Positions 12,145 through 26,964 of a DNA stretch of 64,000 nt are shown one piece after another; the stretch's first letter is position 1; the number at the start of each line of letters is the position of its first letter. Made by a program: the position numbers and the translations under genes. A model generated the notes under the pieces. It saw only the letters and a program-made list of their open reading frames with translations, had not been told where the DNA came from and ran no database searches. The DNA lies in NCBI RefSeq assembly GCF_006345805.1, contig NC_043017.1:21328001-21392000 (forward strand), given 5' to 3'. This DNA is from Octopus sinensis (Eukaryota).

Positions 12145-13774
12145 GGTTTTGTTGAATTTCTGCTGCTTTTAAATAAAGTATATATATACACACACACACA
12201 CAGACACATCATAATTCAGCCTGAGTAAAAAGCAATTGCCCAAGGTGCCACGGAGTGGGACCAAACCTGAAACCATGTGGCTGGTAAGCAAGCTACTTAT
12301 CATACAGCCACTCCTGCAACCAATGTGAGTGCATTGCATCTTATAGCAGAAACAGATGTAAGCTAATGAAGTTCATGAGATAATTAGTTATTCCTTCGTT
12401 ATCTCACTTACTACTGTTCTGAGCTCAGTTGATGCTTGCTTCTGAAACATATGTATCTTAAGTTCTAACACCAGGTATTTGGTATTGCTGTACCTAGGGG
12501 AAATATTAGCTATGATAAATAAGATTATACATTCTTCACCAAACAGTAGAAGAAGTAGTAGTAGTAGTAGTAATAGTAATAGTAGTAGTTTTTTTCGTTC
12601 TTCTCTGTTTGTCTTTGGCTTTTCCATAGTTTAGTGTGCTGTCTCCATCCATACTTCCATAGTTTCCTTCACACTTCCATAATTCTGTATAAACCATCTC
12701 CTTCTAAATTTCTTTTAAAACTCTCCAAATATTTCTCATTTATACTTTCCATACTTTCCTTCGTATCTCCACAACTCAATCTCTCTGATTCTACATCTCT
12801 TTTCATCTTCTAATATCGCTCTTTAATTTTATATACACATATTTTCCTACACTTCAAATATATATTTTTTTCCTAAACTTCCAAAATAAATTCATCCCAT
12901 TTCATTTCATTTCATTTTTCTTCATATTTTTCTGAATATATTTCCATATTTCTCTCCTTCTCTCTGCTTGGACTTTATCCAATCATATGTCTCTTTTAGT
13001 CTTCCATAATTTTCTTCGTTCTTCACAAACTCAAAATCTTTCTCTCCATATTTCTGTCATTTTAAGTTTGTTATTTGTGCATTCTTCCTCTCTTCTACTA
13101 AGACAGTTTTTCATATTTCTCATACACTTCTTCAAGTGTGAATATTTTCCATAAAATTCTTTAATCCAAATGCTTCAGTCAAATATTCTTCTATATTTTG
13201 CATCATTTTTTTTCTTAGTTATTGATTTATTTTTTTATCATTTAAAGTTAAATTTTTCATCTTTCAGTATATGTTAAAACCTCATTCTCATTTTGCTATA
13301 TAGTTGAAAAAAGTTAAATGAAAATAAAATCTCCATTCTTTCTCCTAACACAGTGAAGTTCAAAACCTATCTTAAAAATATCATAACTAAATTTATTGCA
13401 AATAAATTGTTTAGCTTCAGATCCATATACACAAACACACATACAAATATAGACATGAAAATACCCACATATACATACACAAATATATATATATATTATA
13501 TATATGTATGTAATATATATATGAATCTCCACCTACATATTATGTTATCATTTATTAATATGCATACACACACACACACACACTCAAAAATATATATATA
13601 CACATATATGTATACATATACATCATACATAAATACCGTATATATATATATATTATATATATATCTATATGTATATACACATATATGAAGCATAAATATA
13701 TATATATGTATATATCATGTATATATGTATATATCATATATATGTATATATATGATATATACATGTGTGTGTAT

Positions 13775-13808
<34 letters not shown>

Positions 13809-14565
13809 GATACATACATGTGTGTGTATATACATACATATATATATATGATACATAAATATCATAAATATATATATGATATATATGTTTATATATGATA
13901 TATATATATACACAGATGCACACATATATATACATGCATATATATATATATCCACATACATGTATTGGTGAACATAAAAAATATTCTTTAAATATTTAAA
14001 TCTCCAATCTTCTTAGAAGGCAGTCCCAGCTTATTTTATTAAAGGAAATACAAAATATATACTACTCCTTTTTTTTGTATCAGAAAAGGCTTTTAGGAAA
14101 CTGATTAAATGGTATGATAGCAGGGGTTTACAACCCCCCCAACACTTAAACCCCACAAAAAACAAATAATTCCAACAGTGGTTCCCCTCACCAACACCTA
14201 TGTTAAAACAACCGCAGTGTAGAGTAAATGATGGATAATTTTTGTAGATATATCTGAAGATGAAAGCATTTTTAAATCTAACACCAAAGAACAAATAATA
14301 AGGAAAACAAAAAGGTTTAATAAAACTAATGAATAAAATATATACAATGAGGAATTATATACATAAATACAATAAGTATGGAAGTGGATTTGCCTGCTGT
14401 TGTTGTTTAGTTATTGTAAAAAAATTGTGTGTGTGTGTGTGTTGTGTGGTAAGAATCCAGATTTTTGCAGTTAAAGGTAGAGTGATAAAAATTAAACTCC
14501 AATAATATCCATAAAACTTTAAGGATATTTTAAACATGTAAAATAAGGGAGGGTGTATGTGTGTC

Positions 14566-14596
<31 letters not shown>

Positions 14597-15534
14597 AGGA
14601 GAGAGAGAAAAAGAGACAGAGAATAGATACACACACATATGTACACACACACACATAGGAAAAGTAATGCTCCAACACAGAAATCAATATAAATTTAACA
14701 TTGGAATTTAATACATATATATGTATGTATGTATGTGTGTGTGTGTGTGTGCATGTCTATATATATATATATATATATATCATGAACACACAATAATATA
14801 CAGTGGTAATAGATATAATGCAATGTGTCTGTGTGTGTATAAGCATATATCTTCTCATATAAATCTCTCAAAGATGTGTTATGAGCTTCACAAATTCCAC
14901 CTCAAAAGACAACCTTGAAAATCCTAACTACATTAACCCCCAAAATATAAAATTAATTTTTTTTCAAAGTGAAATCTTTGTTAGATGTTTATTATTCGTT
15001 TATTTTTTTTGCATTGTTTTTTCCTCATTTGCTCTTGTTGTTGTTACAGTTGTTTTTTTGGCAAAATAGGAATAAATTATAAACTCTCTTGACAATATGG
15101 AGCAAAATATTTGATTCCTATTGGTATTACTCTTGTAATTTAAAGCTGTATCTTGTTCTGTGTTGATTTTTTTTTCCATCTCTTCACCAATCTATCAATC
15201 AATCATTCTATCTATCTAAGTATCAATCTGTCTCTATATTTCTGTTATTTTTATCCTGTCTATCTATCTGTATGACTACACATTACATAGATATATACTT
15301 ATATTACATACATATATACATACGTGCATGCATATATATATATATGTATATATATAGAGAGAGATTTATAAATGACGAGAGAATATGTTTTGTAGATTGA
15401 TACATTAAAGAGCTCCTTTTTTATGAGAACCAGCAGATTAGCTGAATCCATATATTGTGACTTATATATATGGATATATATGTGTGTGTCTGTGTATACA
15501 TATATATATGTTCATCTATCTATCTATCTATATA

Positions 15535-15608
<74 letters not shown>

Positions 15609-15649
15609 GGTATATATATATATATATATATACAGAGGTTTTTACGTTT

Positions 15650-15960
15650 TTGTCACTGGACTTACAATAGTTGAAAATGTAGAGCAATCATCATATTGTC
15701 GTCTCAGAAGCTTGAAGATCTGTATGTTAGTCTCCATAATTGAACCATTCAATAAATATAAGTTTATATTCATTGATTTTAATGAGTGGGCAAAAAGTAC
15801 TCAATAGCATGCTGAGGTGTAATATCTTATATAGCCTTAACCAGTGACCTGACTGTTCTGGACTTTTCCTAGATATTCTGACAGTTTCCCAGATAGGAAT
15901 GAATTGGAACCGTCTACTCCTGCATGAAAAAATGGCAACATATCAGAGAAAAGATCTGCA
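15650..15960 (-). pseudogene. Possible highly decayed CR1/L2-like LINE RT C-terminus
   Basis: Minus translation GKVQNSQ...NIQIFKLLRRQYD loosely resembles EKVQRRA...DLIEVFKIL.G.YD; several stops. Confidence 0.3.
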
Positions 15961-16458
15961 TGATTACTGGGCTCTGGTACTGTCCCTTTGCAAGGCACCT
16001 TAGGCAGGTGTCTTGTAGTGTAGCCCTGGACTAGCCAAAACTTTGGGAATAGATCTGGTACACAGAAACTGAAAGAAGACCATGTGTGAGTGTGTGCATA
16101 TATATCTTTGTTTTAGAATCATGTGATGGTTGCAATTAAGTGTCACTATCATATATTACTGATGCAACTCATTTCCAGTCTTTCGTAAAAAAAGATGTAT
16201 CTGGCCATGAGGAAACAATATTGCCTTCTCTAGAGGCAGGCAAGGTTTGGCAGCAGGAAAAGCATCCAGGCTGCATCAACTCTGCCTCAACAAACAAATT
16301 TTGTCTGACACAAGCAAGCAAAGAAACGTGGACATTAAATGATCATTATATGTGTGTATGTCGATACACACAAACACACACACATATAGAGGGAGAGACA
16401 AAGAGAGATAATACATACATATATATAGCGATAAATAAATTAGGAACAGATATGTATA

Positions 16459-16506
<48 letters not shown>

Positions 16507-16566
16507 TATAGATATATATATATACATATATACATATACATGCATATATGGGTACAGGACACACAT

Positions 16567-16597
<31 letters not shown>

Positions 16598-18177
16598 AGC
16601 ATTTATATAATGAGGGAGATAAATTGAATATTAATTTAATTAATATCAATTTAAAACCAGTAGCCTAGCATACAAAAATCTGAAAAATCAGAGAAATTTC
16701 TAATACATGTGTATATTTAAAGGGTTAAAAACCACTATGTGGACAGCCATATGCTAGAAGTAGATCAGCATATGGCTGTCCACAGTGGTTTTTAGCCCTT
16801 TAAATATACACATACATATATATATATATATATGCATGTGTGTGTGTGTGTGTACACATTTATTAAAAGCATAAAAGGAAGAAACACAAGCACATACCCA
16901 CGCATATATAGATGCACGCATGTCTATTAAAGATATGGAAAATAAAGCAACACCTATGCGTGCGTGTGTGTATATGTGTGTCTGTGCATGTGTGTCTCTG
17001 TGTGTATGTGTGTCCCACATTAAGTTTTATTTATATTTTTCAGTGGTGGAGTGGAGGTGACAAATGACTGTGTCAGTGTTAGTTCTGTTGCAATGGTTGC
17101 TCATATGATTTCATTAAACCAAGGCAGTTCTTCATTTGCTCTTCACTTCTTTCATTATTATTGTACTTTATTTTTTCCTGAAGATTTGTTTTCATGTTTC
17201 CTTAAAGCATTTTTTTTTTCATTCTTTCTTTCTTCTTGTGACTAACCTGTAAACTATTAGTCATTTCTTCTTTAAACTATTCTGGTTAATGAAAACTGCA
17301 GGACAGATATTTCACATGATTGGAACTTTCGCAGTATAGTACTTGTACACAACAAGTAGATAGACAGATATACATACATACATACATACATACATACACA
17401 CACATACATACATACATATACACATATATATATACATATATATTTATATATACATACACACATACATACACATATTCATACATACATATATATTTATACA
17501 TACATACATATATATCTATATATACATATATATATTTATATATACATATATATCTATATATACATATATATATTTATATATACATATATATATTTATATA
17601 TACATATATTTATATGTACATACATATAATTATATATACCTACATATATATATATATATATATATGTGTGTCCCCATAAACAGCTTTCCAAATCTGCCTG
17701 ATTCATTCACTTCACTATTTCACCAATCCCAGACGTCAGCGGCAACCACATTTGCCATTTGAAATACACCAGAGGTGCGAATGCATGAGTAATTCAACAT
17801 TGCATTTATCATTTATCACATAACATAACCATAAGTTACAGCCACCTACCAACGATGACCATCCCAGTATCATCATCATCACCATCTTAGTAAGCAGTGC
17901 TTGGTATTACTGGCTTTGCTAACCTTATCATAATCATGATCATAGTCGTCGTTAATAATTGTGGGGGTGGGGAAGAGGTTGGTGTTTTTCTTAATTTAGA
18001 CAGTTTTCAGGTCGTTTAGAAGTTCGATGATATTTGTCGCAGAGAGCAACAGCTTTGTACATTATTCATGTAAATGCTTTGTGATGCAGTGGAATGTTAT
18101 ATATTTTAACAGTTGAAAAGTGACAGTACCTCCTCCTTCTCCACTACTACTACTTCTACTACTACTACTACTACTAC

Positions 18178-18208
<31 letters not shown>

Positions 18209-18273
18209 TTGAAAAGTGACAATACCTCCTCCTTCTCCACTACTTCTACTTCTACTACTACTACTACTACTAC

Positions 18274-18315
<42 letters not shown>

Positions 18316-18317
<2 letters not shown>

Positions 18318-18450
18318 CCATGTCGCGCACATATGGTTGTGATGCATGTGCCTGGTGTACCCTTATCAGACGGGTAGTCATGATGGGTATACTGGGCTTC
18401 GTATATTTTACCCCAGTGTCACTTTGATGGCATGCACTGCTCTCTCACTC
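18316..18450 (+). mobile_element. 5'-truncated retroelement 3' end inside (AAT)n, probably Dong/R4-like
   Basis: Near-identical to 20000-20136; ends cactgctctctcactc(aat)n; (AAT)n on both sides. Confidence 0.6.
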
Positions 18451-18483
<33 letters not shown>

Positions 18484-18504
18484 GATAATAAGCTTTTCTA
18501 TGGG

Positions 18505-18710
18505 AAGCACAAGGCCTCAAATTTGGGGGAAGGGATTAAGTCGATTACATCGATCCCAGTTTGGAACTGGTACTTGTTTAATCGACTCCGGAAGGATGAA
18601 AGGCAAAGTCGACTTAACTTCGGTGGAATTTGAACTCAGAACATAGCGGCAGACAAAATACTGCTAAACATTTTGCCCAGCATGCTAACAATTCTGCCAG
18701 CCCATTGCCT
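18505..18710 (-). mobile_element. SINE family A
   Basis: ggaatttgaactcagaac...ttctgccagcccattgcc is the reverse complement of the family A head; further partial copies at 18960-19130 and 20215-20570. Confidence 0.8.
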
Positions 18711-18762
18711 TAATAATAATAATAATAACAATGATAATAATATTAATAACAATGATGATAAC

Positions 18763-18809
<47 letters not shown>

Positions 18810-18820
18810 TGATGATGATG

Positions 18821-18860
<40 letters not shown>

Positions 18861-19580
18861 TAATAGTATTAACAATAATAATCTAATAATGAGCTTTCCA
18901 TGCTCACATGGGCTGGACAAAATTTTCATGAAGTAGATTTTTTTTATTTTTATGGCTGGATACATTTCCAGTTGCCAATACTCACAAGGCCAGTAATTTC
19001 AAGGGAAGGGGATTTAGCTGATAAGATGAACCCAAGTACTATACAAGGTTGAGGGTATATTTCACTGACCCTCAGAGAAAATGAAAGGCAAAGTTGATTT
19101 TGGCAAGACTTGAAACAAGAACATGGAGAGCCAGAATGAATATTGCAAATCGTTCTATTACTGTAATGATTCAGCCAATTCAATACTTTTATAACAACAA
19201 CAACAAAACCACCACCACCACCACCACCACTACCGCCACCACCGCCACCACTGCCACTACCACTACCGCTGCTGCTACCACCACCACGACTGCTACTGCA
19301 GTAGTTACTCATGGTATGTGAATAATACTGCAATGATTCCCATTTTGATTTCTTCCTCACCAAGATGCTCATCTCTCCAAGACAGTTCTGCTCGAAGGAA
19401 TTTGCTAATAAACTATTTTCTTCACACCTTCTGCATCCATGTCTCATGTTATTGACCATGGATCTCAGAAGATTTATGATTAATTTATTTATTGTTATCA
19501 TTATTATTATTATCGTTGTTTTACCTGGTACTGCAAAAACTCTGCCAGCTCACCACCTTGATGATAATAATAATAATAAT

Positions 19581-20136
19581 AAATGCCCTGATGCAGTACC
19601 AGGCAGTGGCTCTCATGGCTTCTGATCTTAACTGATTGGAAGTGTTATCATGTACATTGTTTTGTCTTGGTATAAAAGATGGCCTAAAGCAAAAATTCTG
19701 CTCAATACCACAGATTTGCTTGTCAGTTGTTTGACTTTAACCAGTTGAGCATGTCCCTTAGTGGCTGACAATATGTGCATCTCTGATCACGAGCAGAAGT
19801 ACAGGGGGAGCATCATAGCCATGTGTTGAGAAGGATTCTTTGGGGTTTGAATAATTCACCTGGAAACATGGGTGTTTTGTTCAACATCCTTAAACAACCC
19901 TTATTCAGGGACCTTTCGAGTGGGATGGGTTACTCGACCTGAAGAAAATTCTAACTGGGCCCCACCTGCAAGGTCATGTGCTGTTTATTTTGATATGAGA
20001 TCACCATGTCGTGCACAAATGGTTGTGATGCATGTGCCTAGTGCACCCTTATCAGATGGGTAGTCATCATGGGTATACTGGATTTTGTATATTTTACCCC
20101 AGTGTCACTTTGATGGCATGCACTGCTCTCTCACTC
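19581..20136 (+). mobile_element. Longer 3' fragment of the same (AAT)n-embedded retroelement
   Basis: Shares its last ~135 bp with 18316-18450; flanked by (AAT)n. Confidence 0.6.
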
Positions 20137-20169
<33 letters not shown>

Positions 20170-21948
20170 TATTATTATTATTATTATTATTATTATAATA
20201 GTAATAATGATTTAAATTTTTGCCCAAGGCCAGCAATTTTGAAAGAGGAGGAGAGCTTGTCAATTGTATCAATGCCAATGCTCAACTGCTTCTAAACTCA
20301 TTGATCCTGAAAAGATGAAAGGTATAGTCAACCTGAGCAGAATTTGCACTCAGAACATTTAGAGGGGCGAAATGTTGCTAAGCATTTTTCCAGGGTCTTA
20401 ACAATTCTGCCAGCATGTCACTTTCATGCACAAGGCCAGCAATTTTAGCAAGATGGGATTAGTCACTTCATTTGACCCTGGTACTTGACTTGTACTTCAT
20501 CTTATTGACCACAAAAAGATGAAAGGCAAAAAAAGGCAAAGATGACTGTGACAGGATTTGAACCCAGAATGTAAATAACACAAGGTAATTTTCCAGTCGT
20601 GAAATTCAAAAAAAAAAGAAGAAAAAGAAAAACAGAGGAATATGAAAAAGGTGGTAAACCTTTCCTTGCTATCTTTAGTGGAGCAAACTGTTACTGCTCC
20701 CTACACCACCAGAAGCATGACTAACATTGCATTCCACTCCATCTCCACTAACTTCAAATTCATCCTCGGCAAAACACACCCACCAACACCACCACAACAA
20801 CAACAACAAATATCCTTGCTATTCCAAACAAAATTCTCAAGAGAAACTACCCCTACGCCATTTCCCCCCTTCCATGACCATCACTATAATTCCCCCTAGC
20901 TTACCTTAAAATCCTTTTTATTTTTGGACATTCTTATAAGAAGTGAAATCCTGTACTTGCTTGAGGGCACAGCAATATATTCTGTCCCCTTTCCATTGCA
21001 CACACTACACACACACACACAGACAAACACACATACACACACTACCCTACACTACACACACACACACACACACAGACAGAAAAACACACATACACACACT
21101 ACCCTACACTACAAACACACACACACATGTATTTGCCTCCCTTCATCTTTCTCTCTCTCTCTCTTCCCGTGAAACTATGTGTCATGACAAGCAAAAGGAG
21201 AAAATATCTAATATGAACTGTTTAAACTCTGATTTCCAAGTGCTTCAGGGCATCACATGAATAAAGTCTTTCAAAGAGTAAAAGAGATTCTGGGCAGGTG
21301 AGGAGAGACTGGTCCTTAAACCAAACCCATTGCAATCACTGTAAAATGACTGCAAAGAGCAACAGAGTTTTAAAACAATTTCTGTAATGTTAAATTTTCA
21401 AGACAATAAAGTTCTAAAATACTGGATGGGAGCAACAGAAGGGGTTTTATTTCAGTTACTCCTTTAGGTAATGCCAACCACTCCGAGAGTGCAGTGGGTG
21501 CTTTTTACATGCCACCAGCACAGGAGCCAGTCAAGTGGGCCTGGCATCAATCATGTTCAGATAGAGCTTTTTACGTGGCACCGGCATGCAAGGAGGGGGC
21601 CAGTCAGGCAACCCTAGCATTGGCCACATTTGGATAGTGCTTTTTACATGCCACTGGCAGAATATGGCTGGTTTAAATGGTAATAGGTTAAATCTTAGGT
21701 CTGCTGGATCAGAGCCTGTTCTGGAGCTTAACAACAACATCATAACCAACAGCAGTAAGACCAGTAGCAGCAACAGCAAGTTTGGGAATGATTAAAGATT
21801 AAAGAAAAGCAAAAAAGACACATCAATGAACAGTGTTAACGATATTTCTACTCCGTCCTGTTGGTGCATGATGTTGTAAGAGTGCTAGAAATCACTGATG
21901 ATGATGATGATGATGATGTTGGCAGTGGTGATGATTATGAAAATGTTA

Positions 21949-21980
<32 letters not shown>

Positions 21981-23154
21981 AACGGTGATGATGGAGATGA
22001 TGATGATGTAGGCAGTGGTGACGATTATGTTGATGTTGATATCGATGATGCAGATGATGATGGTATCACTGATGGTGGTGATGATGATGTTTGCTATGAT
22101 GGTGATGATGATGATGGGATCAAAGTCAGCAATGACATTAAGAGAGTTGGTGGGAGGTAATGGTAACCATGACAATGCAGAAGAGTAGGAGGCTGTAATG
22201 GTTGTTTGTGGTGGTGGTGGTGGTAGTAGCAGTGGTGGTGCTAGTAGTCATAAATAGGCGTGATTATGATGACAACAATGATGATGATGATATTAGTGTC
22301 AGAAGTAGAGACTGGTGTGGGTAGTAGTGGCAGCAGTGATAGTGTCTGAAATGATGGTGGGGCTGGTGGCGAGGAAGTAGAAAAGCATGGTAATGTTAAC
22401 GGATGTGGTGGTGATAGAGGTGATAGTGGTTGTGACTGTGATGGTGATGGTGATGATGGAGATGGTGATGGTGGTGGCGATGGTAATGTGATGGTGGTGG
22501 TGATGTTGGTATTGATGATGATGGAGATGGTGATGGTGATGATATTGCTGGTGCTGATGTTGATGGTGATAGTGATGGTAGTAGTAGTGATGGTGGTGCT
22601 GGTAGTGGTGGTGGTGGTGGTGGTGGTGATGCTGGTACTGGTGAAGTTGATAATGGTGATGATGATGGTGGTGTTGGTGAAGTAATGCTGGTGATGATAG
22701 TGATTGTGCTGCTGGTAGTGGTGGTGGTAGTGGTAATAATGATGCTGGTGGTGATCTTGGTGGTAGTGGTGATGCTGCTGCTGCTACTGATAATGATGGT
22801 GGTTGTGATGATGATAGTTCCAGTGATAATACTAGTAAAGACGATGGTGGCAGTTACAGTAGTGGTGGTGATGGTGGTAGTGGTGTCAGAGGTGGTGGTG
22901 ACCAAGAATGCAGTGGTTGTGGCGATAACGATAATGATGATTGTATAGATGGTCACAACAGAAAGCATAAGGCTAATGACATTGGATATGGTGATGATGA
23001 TGATGACGATGATGATGATGACAATGATGATAATGATGACAATGATGGCAATGATGGCAATGATGACAACGATAATGATGATGATGATTATGACAATAAC
23101 AATGATGATGATGATGACGATGATAATGATGATGATGACGATGATGATGATGAC

Positions 23155-23189
<35 letters not shown>

Positions 23190-23642
23190 CGATGATAATG
23201 ATGATGATGACGATGATGATGATGATGACGATGATAATGATGATGCCACTGTCAGTAGCCCCCTCTTTATTTATTTATTTATTCATTCATTCATTATATT
23301 GATCTGTGAATGTTCATAAACGAGGTGTTTGGCACCGTCCCCTGTTGTAAATACAAACAACAGATTGGAATCAAAGAATAAAAGATGCTGCCATTTCTCC
23401 ACTGTTGATTAGTTGTATTGAACATGCATTGTATCAACAGTAGATATCAATTTACAATCAGTGTTGATTCGGATAATATAGGGTTAGGATGGTGGAGGTG
23501 GTGGTGGAGGTGGTGGTGGAGGTGGTGGTGGGGGAGGTGGTGGTGGTGATGGTGGTGGTTGGTGGTGGTAGAATGCACAAGTAATGGTGAACGAAATTAT
23601 CATCACAACTCTCACCAGCTCTGCTTCTCACCTTTTGCAATG

Positions 23643-23689
<47 letters not shown>

Positions 23690-23697
23690 TTATATGT

Positions 23698-23754
<57 letters not shown>

Positions 23755-24919
23755 CATACATATATATATATATATTATATATATATATAATATATATACA
23801 CGCACACACACACACATTCACATGCATACATGTATATAAATGTATGTGCATGTGCATTACAAAAAGGTGAGAAACATATACACACATATGCACACACACA
23901 CATATATATATATATATATACATAAAAACACACATACATATATGTATACATATATATATGCACAGAAATGTATATGTGTGTGTATATATACACACACATA
24001 TATATTCATATACTCATATATATGTATGCATACATATTGTGTGTTTGTGTGTGTATATATATATATATATATGCTTGAGTGTATATATGTGTGTAAATAT
24101 ATGTGTGTGTATGTAAAAGCGATATACTCAATAGCAATGGAGGCGGTGTTGGTGGTGACTGCAGCAGAAGGGGACTCTATTTTGAATTTAGAAATGCCTT
24201 AATTATCTTCATCCCTCTGACAAGCAAGTGCCCTTCTCCAACACACCCAACATGCCAAACAGCCCCCAAAACCCTCAACACCACTCTACCTATTGCAATC
24301 CTTGCCGTTCGCTCTCCTTATCCTTCTTATTCAGGGACGCACAAGGGATCAGTAGAAAATTGATTTCAAATAACTTTGCATAAAATTGGAATTGCTGCCA
24401 AATTCCTAGGGATGTGCTTAAAGGCTTTTGAAACCCACCTCACCCCCATCCCTGCTCCGCTGGTCCCTTCTACCAAAATTCAAAATAACCCTGGCTGGTA
24501 TCTTTCCAAATGAAGTGACATTGAAAAACTGAAGAACACTATGACTTTCTCTGCCTCTTTCTTTTTCTTTCTTTCTCTCCCTTCCTCTCTCCTCTTTGTC
24601 TATCTCCCCATCTATCTATCTATATATATATATATGTCTTCCTCTCTCTCTCTCTCTCTCTCTCTGTATATATATGTGTATGCGGGTGTATGTGTACATA
24701 TATTTATATGTATACGAGTCCATCTCTCTCTCTCTCTCCATATATATATATCTATATATATATATACATAGATACATACATACATAAATACATACATACA
24801 TACATATATGTATATATATATAAACATACACACACATATATTTGTCCATCCATCTATCTTTGCATCTATGTATGCATCCCTCTCTCCCTCATCTATGTAT
24901 CCATGTATCTCTCTCACTC

Positions 24920-24959
<40 letters not shown>

Positions 24960-25429
24960 CACACACACACACACATATATACATATATTTATATGTATAC
25001 GTACATACATATATATATGCATTATATATATATATATACATACATACATACACACACACATATACTCATATGCATATATCAATCCATTTTCTCCCACACA
25101 CAAGCAGTCCCCAACACATTGTCTATCCCACTATCTTTTCCTGTCTTATTCTTTCTCCTTCTCTCATGATGCAGCCATAAGTAAAATGTCCTTCCTTTCC
25201 TTCCTTCCTTCCTTTCTCCTTTCCTCCCTCCACCTGTACTCAATACCTTGTTCTAATTCATATGTATGTTGAGTTCTAACAACAACCATTAATATCACCA
25301 TGCTGAACTAAAGTCATACATAATTACATATATATATATATCCATCCAGGGTAGGGATTTCTAATTCCCTTTAAACCAGCTGAAAGGTTTTTATTTCTCT
25401 TTCAGACATTGTATGGTAGATAAAATATA

Positions 25430-25580
25430 ATGCAAACCCAAGAAATGGAAAGACATGCAGCCATTATTGCCACTCGAATGGAAGAGAGCAATTTAATAAT
25501 TGCCAACTTTCTAAATTGCAAGATGTTTTGTACACAAAGTTCAGATGGAATTGGAGGCCATTGGCAGAAGTGTTTCAAAT
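25430..25580 (+). pseudogene. maT/DD37D-like (Tc1/mariner superfamily) transposase N-terminal remnant
   Basis: MQTQEMERHAAIIATRMEESNLIIANFLN, frameshift, ARCFVHKVQMELEAIGRSVSNVS*; resembles recalled TQEMKRHA..EIARFLKVARSFVHKVRKELEA. Confidence 0.65.
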
Positions 25581-26074
25581 GTATCATAACCTCCATTGAA
25601 ATAATTGAAAAATAATGAAGAATATAGTGAAAGTTGGTGTTTGGAGCATAAATTAACATCCATTTTCCAGTCTCTTGCTGGTTGGACAGTTTGGGAAGAG
25701 CAAGCAAGCCAGAAGACGGCTCCAGGTTCTACTATCTCCTTTTGAATGGTTCCCATGACTGGATGACTTTCCTAATGCCAACCAATTTACAGAATGTATC
25801 GGGTGCTTTCAGTGTGGCACCAGCATCAGTGAGGTGACTGAGTAACTTGCAAGACACGATCCTCCAGCTGAGAGGTTGCGGTGGAAGAGAAGGAGAATTG
25901 AGGAGGAAGTGACTTTATGTCAGGTGATGTGAGGTTAAATATGAATAGAGGTACAGAAACAGGTGTTTGTTCCATGGAACCCTTCGCCACGCCATTTTTG
26001 TAGTTTGTCCTTGGAATAACATGCAACACATCACCCTTGTGGTACAAAAAAAAATATAAAGAAAGAATAAAAAA

Positions 26075-26225
26075 TATTCTTCTGTTGTGTCTGGGGAGAG
26101 TCATTCTCTTTTAGTGCCTTATTATTTAATACACTCACTGGTAAAATTTCCACTTATTTCTCATTTTTATTTTCTAAAATTTTCGTTGCGTCTTGCAACC
26201 TTTTCAATTGTCTTGACTCTGTCCG
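26075..26225 (+). mobile_element. Dispersed DNA-transposon-like repeat fragment
   Basis: ctgttgtgtctggggagagtcatt...ggtaaaatttccact recurs at 30670-30870 and 51275-51375 (+) and at 53400-53580 (-); an adjoining segment of the same family is at 26385-26455 (-). Confidence 0.65.
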
Positions 26226-26461
26226 TTATTTACACTGCGTTCCCTTTTGTTTCTTTGTGCACATGTGTGTGTGTGTGTGTGTGTGTGTGCCTGTACATGC
26301 ATGCATGTACATATGTATGTGTGTGTGTGTGTTTGCATGTGTATGTATGTATGTATACATGTGTGTGTATGCATATGTATGTATGCTTCAACACACGAAC
26401 TCATATAAAGAATCTTGCAAACCAAATCCCAAAACGAAAAAATATTCTTGTTATTGTGCTA

Positions 26462-26660
26462 GTGGCATGTAAAAAGTACCTGTGTCAGTGCCATGTAAAA
26501 AGCAGCCAGTATGTAAAGTGGTTGGCATTAGGAAGGGCATCCAGCAGTAGAAACCATGCCAGAATTGACACTTGGAGCCTGGTGCAGCTTCCCAGCTTGC
26601 CAGCTGTGGTCAAACCATCCAACCCATGCCAGCATGGAAAACAAACGTTAAACAATGATG
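26462..26660 (+). mobile_element. Short retroposon family D with (GAT)n tail, probably RTE-derived
   Basis: taggaagggcatccagc...aacccatgccagcatggaaaacaaacgttaaacaatgatg; other copies near 6628, 16215, 21475, 25670, 43628, 46310, 48440, 57590, 58668. Confidence 0.75.
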
Positions 26661-26681
26661 GTTTAAGAGGTCTGTAGATAC

Positions 26682-26964
26682 AGTTCTATATTTAAGAGAT
26701 GAGGAATCATGTACATTATTTACCTTTGATGGATATTTGTTCTCATCTTCTTTGTTGTTAACACATTTCGGCTGATATACTCTCCAGCCTTCATCAGGTG
26801 TCTTGGGGAAATTTTGAACCTGGATTCTCATTCCTAAGGTATTTTTTTATATCATTATTATTATTATTATTATTATCATTATTATTATTCAGGTCACTGC
26901 CTGGAATCGAACTAAGAATCTTGGGGTTAGTAGCCCATGCTCTTAACCACTATGCCATATGCCC
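26682..26964 (-). mobile_element. tRNA-headed SINE-like element whose 3' part contains a hammerhead motif
   Basis: Minus: gggcataTGGCATAGTGGttaagagc...AGTTCGATTCCaggcag (A/B boxes), then an (AAT)n spacer, then the HHR. Confidence 0.75.
26760..26802 (-). ncRNA. Hammerhead motif, stem III missing in this copy
   Basis: GACAC-CTGATGA-A-GGCTG gagagtatat CAGCC-GAAA-T-GTGTT; perfect 5-bp stem II, stem I GACAC/GTGTT. Confidence 0.6.

Noticed and set aside
17247-17296. Minus-strand exon with good splice signals
   Set aside because: Stops in all three frames.
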